This document shows, in pieces, positions 23,482 to 33,299 of a stretch of DNA of 64,000 nucleotides. The stretch's first letter is position 1. Every line of letters begins with the position of its first letter. The stretch lies in assembly GCA_003696765.1 (NCBI GenBank), contig RFFX01000005.1:24169-88168 (forward strand). The letters run 5' to 3'. Made by a program: the position numbers and the translations under genes. The DNA is from Zetaproteobacteria bacterium. GTDB taxonomy: Bacteria; Pseudomonadota; Zetaproteobacteria; Mariprofundales; J009. The notes beneath the pieces are model-generated. The model was not told the origin of the DNA, did not search any database, and saw only the letters and a program-made list of their open reading frames with translations.

Positions 23482-23509
23482 ATGGTAGGAGCCCACCCCG
23501 CATTGTCAA
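23482..23509 (-). promoter_or_regulatory. Candidate sigma-70 promoter for rplM-rpsI (TTGACA-N16-TACCAT)
   Basis: The -35 TTGACA is on the minus strand at 23509-23504 and forms the left arm of a 12-bp inverted repeat. The -10 TACCAT is at 23487-23482. Confidence 0.3.
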
Positions 23510-23536
23510 CGCCGGAAGCCGAAAGCAGGCCCGGCG

Positions 23537-23565
23537 TTGACAGCCCCCCGTCCGTCCCGGAAAGT
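23537..23565 (+). promoter_or_regulatory. Candidate sigma-70 promoter for nuoA-N (TTGACA-N17-GAAAGT)
   Basis: A perfect -35 TTGACA at 23537-23542 forms the right arm of the same inverted repeat. The -10 at 23560-23565 is weak. It sits about 200 nt upstream of nuoA. Confidence 0.3.
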
Positions 23566-23761
23566 TCACCGCCCGACCTGGACTTCTCCGCACCCCGAGG
23601 CGTGGGCAGCGTGGAAGGGGGAAGCGGAGGCGGACGCATTGCAACTCCGGGCGGCTCCGTCCGGAGCGGGGGCGACGGGAATACCCGATGAAAGCGGTCG
23701 ATTCAACCGGAAGAGCGACCCGGCTACGCGACCAAACACACCAGTGCGGAAAGGGGGGCAT

Positions 23762-24127
23762 ATGGAATACCTGGCCAACGAATATGTCCCGGTCTTCATT
23801 TTTTTGGTCGTCGCCCTGGCCATGGGGGTGGTGCCGCTGGTGCTCACGGTGGTGGTCGCCGAGCAGCGTCCCGATCCGGAGAAGCTCTCCGCCTACGAGT
23901 GCGGATTCGAGGCCTTCAACGACTCGCGCATGCGCTTCGACGTCCGCTTCTATCTGGTCTCCATCCTCTTCGTCATCTTCGACATCGAGACGGCCTTCAT
24001 GTTCCCCTGGTCGGTGGTGCTCAAACAGATCGGCATCTTCGGCTTCGTCGAGATGGTGCTCTTCCTGTTGATCCTGGTGGTCGGCTTCGCATACGCCTGG
24101 AAGAAGGGGGCGCTGCAGTGGGAATAG
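23762..24127 (+). CDS. nuoA: NADH-quinone oxidoreductase subunit A
   Basis: 121 aa with 3 TM helices. It contains YECGFEAF and [11 protein letters not shown]. Confidence 0.95.
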   Translation: MEYLANEYVPVFIFLVVALAMGVVPLVLTVVVAEQRPDPEKLSAYECGFEAFNDSRMRFDVRFYLVSILFVIFDIETAFMFPWSVVLKQIGIFGFVEMVLFLLILVVGFAYAWKKGALQWE

Positions 24128-24597
24128 AGGGGGTTCTGGAGCGGGGGTTCATCACCACCACCGCCGACAAGGTGATCAACTGGGCGCGCAGCGGCTCGCT
24201 CTGGCCGATGACCTTCGGCCTGGCCTGCTGCGCGGTCGAGATGATGCATGCCGGTGCCAGCCGCTACGACCTCGACCGTTTCGGCATCGTCTTCCGCCCC
24301 AGCCCGCGTCAGTCGGACGTGATGGTGGTCGCCGGAACCTTGATCAACAAGATGGCGCCGGCGCTGCGCAAGGTCTACGACCAGATGAGCGAGCCCCGAT
24401 GGGTGATCTCGATGGGCTCCTGCGCCAATGGCGGCGGCTACTACCACTACTCCTACTCGGTGGTGCGCGGCTGCGACCGCATCGTGCCGGTCGACATCTA
24501 TGTCCCCGGCTGCCCGCCGACCGCCGAGGCGCTGCTCTACGGCTTCATCCAGCTGCAAGAGAAGATCAAGCGCACCAACACCATCGCCCGCCGCTAG
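24118..24597 (+). CDS. nuoB: NADH-quinone oxidoreductase subunit B
   Basis: The GTG start overlaps the end of nuoA. Motifs seen are [25 protein letters not shown] and PGCPPT. Confidence 0.95.
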   Translation: MGIEGVLERGFITTTADKVINWARSGSLWPMTFGLACCAVEMMHAGASRYDLDRFGIVFRPSPRQSDVMVVAGTLINKMAPALRKVYDQMSEPRWVISMGSCANGGGYYHYSYSVVRGCDRIVPVDIYVPGCPPTAEALLYGFIQLQEKIKRTNTIARR

Positions 24598-24610
24598 CCA
24601 TACCAAAGCC

Positions 24611-25213
24611 ATGAGCGACCGCGAAGCACAGCCGACCACCGCCCTGCCCGACGACCTGCAGGCCCTGCAGCAGCAGTTCGGCGCGCAGGTGGTCGCCTGC
24701 CGGATGGCGATCGACTGCCCGGAGGCGGTGGTGGAGCGGTCGGCGATCGTCGAGATCTGCCATTTCCTGCGCGGCCGGTTGGGGTACGACCAGCTGATCG
24801 ACATCTGCGGCGTCGACATGTCCGAGCACCCGGACCACCAGCCGGATCAGCCCCGATTCGAAGTCGTCTACCACCTGCTGTCGGTCTCCGACCACAAGCG
24901 CATCCGCATCAAAACCCGGCTCGACGAGCGGGAGTTCGTCGACTCGGTCACCGAGGTGTGGCCGGCGGCCGACTGGTTCGAACGGGAGGCGTTCGACATG
25001 TTCGGCATCATCTTCAACCACCACCCCGACCTGCGCCGCATCCTCACCGACTACGGCTTCGAGGGCTATCCGTTGCGCAAGGACTTCCCGGTGACCGGGC
25101 GAGTCGAGCTATTCTACGACGAAGAGGAGCGCCGCTGCGTCTACCGACCGATCGCGCTGGAGAACCGCGTGCTCACCCCCAAGGCCTGGCCGGAAGAGCA
25201 TCTTCGTGGCTGA
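24611..25213 (+). CDS. nuoC: NADH-quinone oxidoreductase subunit C
   Basis: 200 aa. It contains [19 protein letters not shown] and [23 protein letters not shown]. Confidence 0.95.
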   Translation: MSDREAQPTTALPDDLQALQQQFGAQVVACRMAIDCPEAVVERSAIVEICHFLRGRLGYDQLIDICGVDMSEHPDHQPDQPRFEVVYHLLSVSDHKRIRIKTRLDEREFVDSVTEVWPAADWFEREAFDMFGIIFNHHPDLRRILTDYGFEGYPLRKDFPVTGRVELFYDEEERRCVYRPIALENRVLTPKAWPEEHLRG

Positions 25214-26381
25214 GATCCAGAATTACACCCTCAACTTCGGGCCGCAACACCCCTCGGCCCACGGCGTGCTCCGGCTGGTGCTGGAGCTCGACGGCGAGGT
25301 GGTCGAACGGGCGGAGCCGCACATCGGCCTGCTCCATCGCGGCACCGAGAAGCTGTTCGAGCAGAAGACCTACCATCAGAACATTCCCTACTTCGACCGC
25401 TTCGACTATGTGTCGATGATGTGCAACGAGCACCCCTACGCGCTGGCCGTGGAGAAGCTGCTCGGCATCGAGGCGCCGATCCGCGCCCAGTACATCCGGG
25501 TGATGTTCGCCGAGCTGACCCGCATCCTCAACCACTGCCTCTGGCTGGGCGCGCACGCGCTCGACATCGGCGCCATGACCGTCTTCCTCTACTGCTTCCG
25601 CGAGCGCGAGGATATCTTCGACTTCTACGAGGCGGTCAGCGGCGCCCGCATGCACGCCGCCTACTTCCGCCCCGGCGGGGTGACCGCCGACCTGCCCGAG
25701 GGGCTGCTGGAGCGGATCTGGGCGTTCACCGAGCGCTTTCCCGGCTATGTCGACGAGTACGAGACGCTGCTGACCGAGAACCGCATCTGGAAACAGCGCA
25801 CCGTCGACATCGGCGTGGTCGACCGCGATGCGGCGCTGGCCTGGGGCTTCACCGGCCCGATGCTGCGCGGCTCGGGCGTTGCATGGGACCTGCGCAAGAC
25901 CCAACCCTACGACGTCTACGACCAGCTCGACTTCGAGATCCCGGTCGGCGCCACCGGCGACTGCTACGACCGCTATCTGGTGCGGGTGGAGGAGATGCGG
26001 CAATCCAACGAGATCGTCCGCCAGTGCATCCACTGGCTGGAGAAGCACGACGGTCCGGTCAAGATCGACGACTACAAACTGACCAATCCCCCGCGCGCCC
26101 TGATCAAGGAGGACATGGAGTCGCTCATCCACCACTTCAAGTTCTTCTCCGAGGGCTATCCGGTCGAGGGCGAGATCTACCAGCCCACCGAACACCCCAA
26201 GGGGGAGCTGGGGGTCTACATCCGTGCCGACGGCTCCAACAAGCCCTACCGCATCAAGGTGCGCGCGCCGGGCTTCGCCCATCTGCAGGCGCTCGACTAT
26301 ATGTGCCGCGGCCATATGATCGCCGACGTGGTCACCATCCTCGGCACCCAGGACATCGTCTTCGGCGAGGTCGATCGATGA
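25206..26381 (+). CDS. nuoD: NADH-quinone oxidoreductase subunit D
   Basis: 391 aa. It contains [15 protein letters not shown] and ends in the conserved IVFGEVDR. The GTG start overlaps nuoC by 8 nt. Confidence 0.97.
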   Translation: MAEIQNYTLNFGPQHPSAHGVLRLVLELDGEVVERAEPHIGLLHRGTEKLFEQKTYHQNIPYFDRFDYVSMMCNEHPYALAVEKLLGIEAPIRAQYIRVMFAELTRILNHCLWLGAHALDIGAMTVFLYCFREREDIFDFYEAVSGARMHAAYFRPGGVTADLPEGLLERIWAFTERFPGYVDEYETLLTENRIWKQRTVDIGVVDRDAALAWGFTGPMLRGSGVAWDLRKTQPYDVYDQLDFEIPVGATGDCYDRYLVRVEEMRQSNEIVRQCIHWLEKHDGPVKIDDYKLTNPPRALIKEDMESLIHHFKFFSEGYPVEGEIYQPTEHPKGELGVYIRADGSNKPYRIKVRAPGFAHLQALDYMCRGHMIADVVTILGTQDIVFGEVDR

Positions 26382-26565
26382 TGGTCTCGCAAGAAACCAT
26401 CATCGCGACCATGGAGGGTCGCGCAAACCCGGAGGTTGCAGACGCAACCGACGGATTTGTAAGGGGATCGAAAACCGCGATCTTCGATCCCCGTCAAGCA
26501 AAAAGTCCACGGACGGACTTTTTGCGATTCGATCATCGATGATGGTTTCGCAAGTAACCATCATC
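26373..26565 (-). repeat. Five-hairpin repeat, about 1.2 units (E-D-C-B-A-E as read on +), between nuoD and nuoE
   Basis: Hairpin E cgatgatgg..ccatcatcg occurs at 26376 and again at 26537, an offset of 161 bp. D, C, B and A lie between them. The nuoD stop TGA (26379-26381) lies inside the first E stem. Confidence 0.9.
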
Positions 26566-26584
26566 TGTTGTGGTGTGGTCACCG

Positions 26585-27079
26585 ATGAGTGAATCGCTCT
26601 CCTTCAGCCGCGAACAGCAGGAGGCGATCGCCGCGCTGGTGGCGCGCTACCCCCATCCCCGCTCGGCGCTGCTGCCGGTGCTGCACATGGCCCAGGAGAC
26701 CTTCGGCCACCTCTCCTTGGAGGCGCAGCAGCTCGTCGCCGACACCTTGGGGCTGCGGCTGATGGTGGTGCGCGAGGTGGTCACCTTCTACACCATGTTC
26801 CGCGAGACACCCGCCGGCAAATACCGGCTGGAGTTCTGCACCAACGCCGGCTGCATGCTCAACGGCGCGCGGGAGCTGGTGGCGCATGTCTGCGACAAAC
26901 TGGGGATCCGACCGGGGGAGACCACCGAGGACGGCCTGTTCACCGTCACCGAGGTGGAGTGCGCCGGCGCCTGCGGCGGCGCGCCGGTGGTCCAGATCAA
27001 CAACGTCTACCACGAGAAGGTCGACCCCGAAACGATCGACGCGCTGATCGAGCAGATGCGCAGCGAGGCATCGGCATGA
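26585..27079 (+). CDS. nuoE: NADH-quinone oxidoreductase subunit E
   Basis: The N-terminus MSESLSFSREQQEAIAALVARYPHPRSALLPVLHMAQE is typical of NuoE. The 2Fe-2S Cys residues are present (CTNAGC...CAGACGGAP). Confidence 0.93.
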   Translation: MSESLSFSREQQEAIAALVARYPHPRSALLPVLHMAQETFGHLSLEAQQLVADTLGLRLMVVREVVTFYTMFRETPAGKYRLEFCTNAGCMLNGARELVAHVCDKLGIRPGETTEDGLFTVTEVECAGACGGAPVVQINNVYHEKVDPETIDALIEQMRSEASA

Positions 27080-28353
27080 TTCCGTCGGATCCGACCAGGG
27101 TCACCGCCCACTGTTTCGCGCGCATCGGCATCCCCGACCAGCGGCGGCTGGAGGTGGCGCGCGCCCACGGCGCCTACGACTTCCTGCCGGTGGTGCTCAA
27201 CGACTTCGATCCCGGGAAGATCATCAACGAAGTCAAGGCCTCGGGCATCCGCGGCCGCGGCGGCGCCGGCTTCCCCACCGGGCTGAAGTGGTCGTTCGTA
27301 CCGCGCAACACCGGCAAGCCGACCTATCTACTGTGCAACGCCGACGAAGGCGAGCCCGGCACATTCAAGGATCGCGACATCATCCGCTTCGACCCCCATC
27401 TGCTGATCGAGGGGATGATCATGGCCGGCTTCGCGCTCGGCGTGCATGACGCCTACATCTACATCCGCGGCGAGTTCAAGCGTGAGGCGGAGATCCTCAA
27501 CGAGGCGATCGGCGAGGCCTATGCCGCCAACCTGCTGGGCGAGCGCATCCTCGGCACCGACTTCTCCATGAACATCACTGTCCACCGCGGCGCCGGCGCC
27601 TATGTCTGCGGCGAGGAGACGGCGCTGATCGAATCGCTGGAGGGCCGCCCGGGACGGCCCCGGTTCAAGCCGCCGTTTCCGGCGGTGGAAGGGTTCTACC
27701 AGTGCCCGACGGTGGTCAACAATGTCGAGACACTGGCCAGCATCCCGGCGATCTTGCGCCACGGCGGCAAGTGGCACGCGGCGATCGGCAGGCCCAACAA
27801 CACCGGCATGAAGATCTTCTCCGTCTCCGGCCAGGTCAAGCGGCCGGGCAACTACGAGGTGCCGCTCGGCACTCCGCTGAAAACCCTGATCGAGGAGCAT
27901 TGCGGCGGACTGCGGCACGGCGTGGTGCCCAAGGCGGTGATCCCCGGCGGCTCCTCCTCCAACTGGCTGATGCCCGAGCAGTACGACATCCCGCTCACCT
28001 TCGACGACCTGATGAAGGCCGGCTCCATGCTCGGTTCGGGCGCGATCATCGTCATGGACGAGACCGCCGACGTGGTGGCGGTCGCCGCCCGGCTGGCCCG
28101 CTTCTACGCCCACGAGTCGTGCGGCCAGTGCACCCCCTGCCGCGAAGGGACCGGCTGGCTGGCGCGGGTGATGCGGCGCATCGAGCAGGGCGGCGGCCGC
28201 GAGGAGGACTTCCAGATCCTCGAAGAGGGGGCCACCCACATGGCCGGGCGGACCATCTGCGCGCTGGCCGACGGCGCCGCCGCCCCGGTGTTGTCGCTGA
28301 TCCGCAACTTCCCCGACGAGGTGCGGGCGCGCATGCTGAGGAGGGCGGCGTGA
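27076..28353 (+). CDS. nuoF: NADH-quinone oxidoreductase subunit F
   Basis: ATGA overlap with nuoE. Motifs seen are GRGGAGFPTGLKW, GAGAYVCGEETALIESLEG and ESCGQCTPCREG. Confidence 0.97.
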   Translation: MIPSDPTRVTAHCFARIGIPDQRRLEVARAHGAYDFLPVVLNDFDPGKIINEVKASGIRGRGGAGFPTGLKWSFVPRNTGKPTYLLCNADEGEPGTFKDRDIIRFDPHLLIEGMIMAGFALGVHDAYIYIRGEFKREAEILNEAIGEAYAANLLGERILGTDFSMNITVHRGAGAYVCGEETALIESLEGRPGRPRFKPPFPAVEGFYQCPTVVNNVETLASIPAILRHGGKWHAAIGRPNNTGMKIFSVSGQVKRPGNYEVPLGTPLKTLIEEHCGGLRHGVVPKAVIPGGSSSNWLMPEQYDIPLTFDDLMKAGSMLGSGAIIVMDETADVVAVAARLARFYAHESCGQCTPCREGTGWLARVMRRIEQGGGREEDFQILEEGATHMAGRTICALADGAAAPVLSLIRNFPDEVRARMLRRAA

Positions 28354-30722
28354 CCACACTGTTCATCGACGGGCGCGAGGTCGAGGTCAAGCCCGGCACC
28401 AGCGTGCTCGAGGCCTGCCGCCAGCACGGCATCGACGTCCCCTATTTCTGCTACCACCCCGAGCTGTCGGTCGCCGCCAACTGCCGCATGTGCCTGGTCG
28501 AGATCGAGGGGTGGAACAAGCCGGCGGCAAGCTGCTGCACGCCGGTGCAGGAGGGGATGAAGGTCACCACCCAGTCGCCGAGCTTGGCGGAAGACCGCAG
28601 GATGGTGATGGAGTACCTACTGATCAACCATCCGCTCGACTGCCCGGTGTGCGACCAGGGCGGAGCGTGCAAGCTGCAGGACTACGCCGTCGCCTTCGGC
28701 GCCTCCCGGGGTCGCTACGGCGAGGAGAAGCGGACGGCGGTCAACTACGACCTCGGCCCCTTCGTCGTCACCTGCATGACCCGCTGCATCCACTGCACCC
28801 GCTGTGTCCGCTTCGCCGACGAGATCGCCGGCACGTGCGACATCGGCGTCCTCGGCCGGGGCGACCGCATGCACATCACCGGCATCGTCGAGGAGTGTCT
28901 GGAGTCCGAGCTCTCCGGCAACCTGCCCGACGTCTGCCCGGTCGGCGCGCTGCTCGACAAGCCGTCGCACGACGTCTCGCGGCCGTGGGAGATGACCCGC
29001 CACCGGAGCGCCTGCATCCAGTGCCCGCAGGGATGCGACATCAGCATCGAATCGCGCGACGGTGTGGTGATGCGCATCCGCCCGCAGGAGGGGGGGATCG
29101 AGCCGTGGATCTGCGACCGCGGCCGCTATGTTTATGACGCCTTTGCCTCGGATGCGCGCATCCTGCAGCCGGCGGTGCGCCGTGACGGCCGGCTGGAGCG
29201 GTGCGGCTGGGATGAAGCGGTGGAGGCGGCCGCAGCCCACCTCGATGGGAAGCGGGTCGGGGTGATCTTCTCGCCCGACTGGAGCGTAGAGGGACTCACC
29301 TCCATCCGGCTGCTGATCGAGGCGGCGTTGCCCGGGGCGCGCTGCGGTTTCGATCTGCATCGGCGCGACATGCGTCCCTTCGCCTTCAGCGAGGGGTTCG
29401 CCATGACCAGCGATCAGCTCGAGGCCGCCGACCAGGTGGTGGTGCTGGGCAGCGATCTGCGCCAGCGGCTGCCGCTGGTGATGCAGCGGCTGCGCAAGCG
29501 GCTCCGGCACGGCCGGCCGGTGGTGCGCATCGGCGCCATGCACTACCGCACCGACTGCCGACTGACCACCGACCTGCTGGTCCGCCCACGCGACTGGCAC
29601 GCGGTGATCGCCACCGCCATGGAGCAGGTGCGCAACGTGGGCAAGGAGGCCGCCGGCATGGAGGCGTGGCTGGCCGCGGTCGAGGGGCGGCATGAGGCGG
29701 GGAAGGCGCTGGCCGACGCCCTGATCGCCGACTCCTGCGCATTGCTGGTCGGCGAGGAGATCCGCAGCCACCGCGACGCGGCGGCGCTGATCCACGGGCT
29801 CGACCTGCTGATGCGCGCCTGCGGCCACGCCGAGCCGGAGCGGGACGGACGCAACCTGATTCCACCGGGGATGAACGCCCAACCGCTGGAGCTGCTCTTC
29901 GGCGACCGGCGCGAATCGGTCGGCGCCCTGCTCGAGGCGGCCGGCAAGGGAGAGATCGACACGATCGTCCTGATCGGCAGCGACCCCGCCGGCGACGGGC
30001 TCTTTCCGGCCGAGTTCCGGCAGGCGGCGGAGGGGTCGGCCACCCTGATCCAGATCGCCGCAATCGAGGGGCAATGCAGCGCCGACGTCGACATCCAACT
30101 CCCCTGCCACTGTTACGCCGAAGTGGACGGTACCTTCGTCAACATGGCCGGCCGGCTGCGCACCTCCGACCTGCCGCTCACCCCGCCCAAAGGGGAGGGG
30201 CGCCCGCTGTGGAAGGTGATGATGCGGCTGGTGCAGGCGCTGGGGGGGGAGGTGCCGGTGGTCTCGCTCGACGAGCTGCGCCGGGCATGCATGGAACGGG
30301 TGCCGGGGGTCGAGCGCGCCTGGGACGGCAGCCCGCGTGACCAGTGGCTGATGGCACCGGCCCGCCATCGAGAAGCGGCCCATCTGCCGGCGCAGCAGGC
30401 TCGGCTGATGCCGCTCGATGTGGTCAGCCGCTATTCGATGTACCGTGAAGGGAGCTGGGCACGCGCCTCCGGGCTGCTGGTCACCGCCGGCAAGCTGCAT
30501 GCGCTGGCCGACCTCATCGTCCATCCGAAGACGCTCCAGGAGGCGGGCTTCACCCCCGGTGACAAGGTGACCGTCAAGAGCCATCGCGGCAGCCACAGCT
30601 ACCACATCGGCGTGCGCGGGGATCTCTCCGAGGGGGTGCTCTTCGTCGCCCGCCGCGGTGTGGCGGGGGTCCTCTCCAGCGAGTGTGAGGCGGAGCTGGC
30701 CGCGCCGGAGGCGGATGGATGA
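28350..30722 (+). CDS. nuoG: NADH-quinone oxidoreductase subunit G
   Basis: GTGA overlap with nuoF. Motifs seen are CYHPELSVAANCRMCLVE, HPLDCPVCDQGGACKLQD and CIHCTRCVRF. The product is 790 aa. Confidence 0.95.
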   Translation: MTTLFIDGREVEVKPGTSVLEACRQHGIDVPYFCYHPELSVAANCRMCLVEIEGWNKPAASCCTPVQEGMKVTTQSPSLAEDRRMVMEYLLINHPLDCPVCDQGGACKLQDYAVAFGASRGRYGEEKRTAVNYDLGPFVVTCMTRCIHCTRCVRFADEIAGTCDIGVLGRGDRMHITGIVEECLESELSGNLPDVCPVGALLDKPSHDVSRPWEMTRHRSACIQCPQGCDISIESRDGVVMRIRPQEGGIEPWICDRGRYVYDAFASDARILQPAVRRDGRLERCGWDEAVEAAAAHLDGKRVGVIFSPDWSVEGLTSIRLLIEAALPGARCGFDLHRRDMRPFAFSEGFAMTSDQLEAADQVVVLGSDLRQRLPLVMQRLRKRLRHGRPVVRIGAMHYRTDCRLTTDLLVRPRDWHAVIATAMEQVRNVGKEAAGMEAWLAAVEGRHEAGKALADALIADSCALLVGEEIRSHRDAAALIHGLDLLMRACGHAEPERDGRNLIPPGMNAQPLELLFGDRRESVGALLEAAGKGEIDTIVLIGSDPAGDGLFPAEFRQAAEGSATLIQIAAIEGQCSADVDIQLPCHCYAEVDGTFVNMAGRLRTSDLPLTPPKGEGRPLWKVMMRLVQALGGEVPVVSLDELRRACMERVPGVERAWDGSPRDQWLMAPARHREAAHLPAQQARLMPLDVVSRYSMYREGSWARASGLLVTAGKLHALADLIVHPKTLQEAGFTPGDKVTVKSHRGSHSYHIGVRGDLSEGVLFVARRGVAGVLSSECEAELAAPEADG

Positions 30723-31780
30723 AGGGGATGCTCCTGCAAACGCTGATCTGGGTGCTGGAGGTGCTGGCCATCACCGTGCCGGTGGCGCTGTCGGTGGCCT
30801 ACACCACCTACGTCGAGCGGCGGGTGATCGGCTGGGTACAGGCGCGCAAGGGGTGCAACCGCGTCGGTCCCGCCGGCCTGCTGCAGCCGATCGCCGACGT
30901 CATCAAGCTCTTCCTCAAGGAGTCGATCATCCCCGCCGGCGCCAACAAGCTGCTTTTCATCGCCGCACCGGTGGTCTCGCTCACCCCGGCGCTGCTCGCC
31001 TTCGCGGCGGTCCCATTCGGCAAGACCTCCCTCTTCGGCCTGTGGGACCACCCCCACGTCATGGCCATCGCCAACCTGAACATCGGCGTGCTCTATGTCA
31101 TGGCCGTCGGCTCGCTGGCCATCTACGGCATCCTGCTCGCCGGCTGGGCCTCCAACTCCAAGTATGCGCTGATCGGTGCGGTGCGCTCCACCTGTCAGAT
31201 GATCTCCTACGAGGTCTCGATGGGCTTCGCCGTCGTCTGCGTGCTGATGATGGCCGGCACGATGAACCTGACCGGGATCGTCGAGGCACAGGCGGGCGGC
31301 TTCTGGCACTGGTACTTCATCCCGCTCTTCCCGATGTTCCTGGTCTATTTCATCTCCGGCTGCGCCGAGACCAACCGCGCCCCCTTCGACCTGCCCGAGG
31401 GGGAGGCGGAGCTGGTCGCCGGCTTCTTCGTCGAGTACTCCGGCATGTGGTTCGCCACCTTCTCGCTGGCCGAGTACGCGGCGATGATCCTGATCAGCCT
31501 GATGACCTCGATCATGTTCCTCGGCGGCTGGCATGCACCGTTCCCGGCGCTCGACGTCATCCCCGGCACCGTCTGGCTGCTGGGCAAGACTGCCTTCTTC
31601 CTCTTCGTCTTCATCTGGTTCCGCGCCACCTTCCCGCGCTACCGCTACGATCAACTGATGCGGCTGGGGTGGAAGGTGTTCCTGCCGTGGACGCTGATCT
31701 GGATCGCGGTGGTCGGCACCGCCACCTACACCCCGCTGCTCTCCGACATCATCGGATTCTGGCAGCCGTGGAGGTCGTGA
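30719..31780 (+). CDS. nuoH: NADH-quinone oxidoreductase subunit H
   Basis: 353 aa with an ATGA overlap with nuoG. It contains [16 protein letters not shown] and the [20 protein letters not shown] signature. Confidence 0.97.
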   Translation: MKGMLLQTLIWVLEVLAITVPVALSVAYTTYVERRVIGWVQARKGCNRVGPAGLLQPIADVIKLFLKESIIPAGANKLLFIAAPVVSLTPALLAFAAVPFGKTSLFGLWDHPHVMAIANLNIGVLYVMAVGSLAIYGILLAGWASNSKYALIGAVRSTCQMISYEVSMGFAVVCVLMMAGTMNLTGIVEAQAGGFWHWYFIPLFPMFLVYFISGCAETNRAPFDLPEGEAELVAGFFVEYSGMWFATFSLAEYAAMILISLMTSIMFLGGWHAPFPALDVIPGTVWLLGKTAFFLFVFIWFRATFPRYRYDQLMRLGWKVFLPWTLIWIAVVGTATYTPLLSDIIGFWQPWRS

Positions 31781-31781
31781 C

Positions 31782-32273
31782 GTGACCGCCCTGATCAAAC
31801 GCCACATCAACACCTGGCTGCTGCTCGAGCTGGTGCGCGGCCTGATGCTCACCGGCAGCTACCTGTTCAAGAAGAAGATCACCGTCGAGTATCCGGAGGA
31901 GCGCACACCGCTCTCCCCGCGCTTCCGCGGCCTGCACGCCCTGCGGCGCTACGACGACGGCGAGGAGCGCTGCATCGCCTGCAAGCTGTGCGAGGTGGTC
32001 TGCCCGGCGCTGGCCATCACCATCGAGTCGGAGGAGCGATCCGACGGCAGCCGCCGCACCACCCGCTACGACATCGACCTGACCAAGTGCATCTTCTGCG
32101 GCTTCTGTCAGGAGGCCTGCCCGGTCGACGCCATCGTCGAGACCCAGGAGTTCGAGTACGCGGTCGAGGATCGGCGCAACCTCTACTACACCAAGGAGAT
32201 GCTGCTCGACGTCGGCGCCCGCTACAAGGCGCAGATCGACGCCAACATCGCATCGGAAGCGCGCTACCGCTGA
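31782..32273 (+). CDS. nuoI: NADH-quinone oxidoreductase subunit I
   Basis: 163 aa. It has two ferredoxin motifs, [12 protein letters not shown] and [12 protein letters not shown]. Confidence 0.97.
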   Translation: MTALIKRHINTWLLLELVRGLMLTGSYLFKKKITVEYPEERTPLSPRFRGLHALRRYDDGEERCIACKLCEVVCPALAITIESEERSDGSRRTTRYDIDLTKCIFCGFCQEACPVDAIVETQEFEYAVEDRRNLYYTKEMLLDVGARYKAQIDANIASEARYR

Positions 32274-32275
32274 CC

Positions 32276-32863
32276 ATGTCGCTCATCACCCTCTTCTTCG
32301 ACCTCTTCGCCACCCTGGCTGTGCTCGGCGGTGCCATGGTGGTGCTCTCGCGCAACCCGATGCACTCGGTGATGTGGCTGATCTTCTGCTTCTTCAACGC
32401 CGCCGGCCTCTTCTTCCTGCTCGATGCCGAGTTTCTCGGCGTCATCCTCATCCTGGTCTACGTCGGCGCGGTGATGGTGCTCTTCGTCTTCGTCATCATG
32501 ATGATCGAGGTCAACGTCGCCCAGATGCGCGAGGGATTCCTGCGCTATCTGCCGATCGGCGGGCCGATCGCATTGATCCTCTTCGCCGAGATGGTCGCCG
32601 CCGGCTTCAGCGGCATCTTCTCGACCGCCCGCACCGGCGTTGTCGGCCACCTGGGCGGCCAGGTCGACAACACGGTGGAGATCGGCAAGGAGCTCTACAC
32701 CCGCTATCTGCTCGGCTTCGAGCTGGCGGCGATCATCCTGCTGGTGGCACTGGTCGGCGCGGTGGTGCTCACCCTGCGCGCCCGCAAGGATGCACGCTAC
32801 CAGAACATCGCCAGACAGGTGGCCGTGAAGAAGGAAGAGCGGCTGCGCAAGGTGAGGATGTGA
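32276..32863 (+). CDS. nuoJ: NADH-quinone oxidoreductase subunit J
   Basis: ATG 32276 lies 2 nt after nuoI. The product is a hydrophobic 195-aa protein containing VYVGAVMVLFVFVIMM. Confidence 0.93.
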   Translation: MSLITLFFDLFATLAVLGGAMVVLSRNPMHSVMWLIFCFFNAAGLFFLLDAEFLGVILILVYVGAVMVLFVFVIMMIEVNVAQMREGFLRYLPIGGPIALILFAEMVAAGFSGIFSTARTGVVGHLGGQVDNTVEIGKELYTRYLLGFELAAIILLVALVGAVVLTLRARKDARYQNIARQVAVKKEERLRKVRM

Positions 32864-32984
32864 CCATGACGGCTCTGCATAAGGGCGACATCCGCGACCG
32901 GTACGGCCGCGCAAAACGGGAGCTTGCGCATGCAAGCGACGGTTTTGTAAAACGTCCACGGACGGACTTTTTGCGATTCGATCA
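32857..32984 (-). repeat. Deleted copy of the repeat (E-like, D, C, A; hairpin B missing) between nuoJ and nuoK
   Basis: The sequence is gaccggtacggccgcg, caaaacgggagcttgcgcatgcaagcgacggttttg, taaaacgtccacggacggactttttgcgattcgatca. It ends 3 nt before the nuoK ATG. Confidence 0.8.
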
Positions 32985-32987
32985 GTA

Positions 32988-33293
32988 ATGGTACCACTCT
33001 CCAGCTACCTCATCGTCGACGCCGCCCTCTTCTCGATCGGGGTGGTCGGGCTGTTCCTCAACCGCAAGAACGTGATCACCATCCTGATGTGCATCGAGCT
33101 GATCCTGCTGGCGGTGAACATCAACTTCGTCGCCTTCTCCCACTTCCTCGGCGATCTCGCCGGCCAGCTCTTCGTCTTCTTCGTCTTGACCATCGCGGCC
33201 AGCGAGGTGGCGGTCGGCCTGGCCATCCTGGTCGCCTTCCACCGCCTGCGCCGCTCGATCGATGTGGCGGACATCAACACCCTGCAGGGCTGA
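32988..33293 (+). CDS. nuoK: NADH-quinone oxidoreductase subunit K
   Basis: 101 aa with 3 TM helices. It contains [18 protein letters not shown] and [13 protein letters not shown]. Confidence 0.95.
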   Translation: MVPLSSYLIVDAALFSIGVVGLFLNRKNVITILMCIELILLAVNINFVAFSHFLGDLAGQLFVFFVLTIAASEVAVGLAILVAFHRLRRSIDVADINTLQG

Positions 33294-33299
33294 CGCCGG

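Noticed and set aside
26496-26527. Hairpin A (gcaaaaagtcc..ggactttttgc) as an intrinsic terminator inside nuo and rnf
   Set aside because: The T-run is part of the stem rather than a free 3' tail. The hairpin is symmetric. A strong terminator between nuoD and nuoE or nuoJ and nuoK would be lethal-polar for complex I. A stabiliser or processing role is more plausible, though this is untested.
26381-26542. Recurrent roughly 50-aa ORFs inside the repeats. Examples are [53 protein letters not shown] at 26381-26542, and similar peptides at 43563-43814 and on the minus strand at 44445-44672 and 19361-19735.
   Set aside because: The peptides are by-products of GC-rich palindromes that rarely contain stops. 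Compensatory stem changes scramble the peptide between copies (NPEVADATDG, NPKLAKASAG, KREPAHTSCC). Both strands give equally open frames. No SD or consistent start is present.
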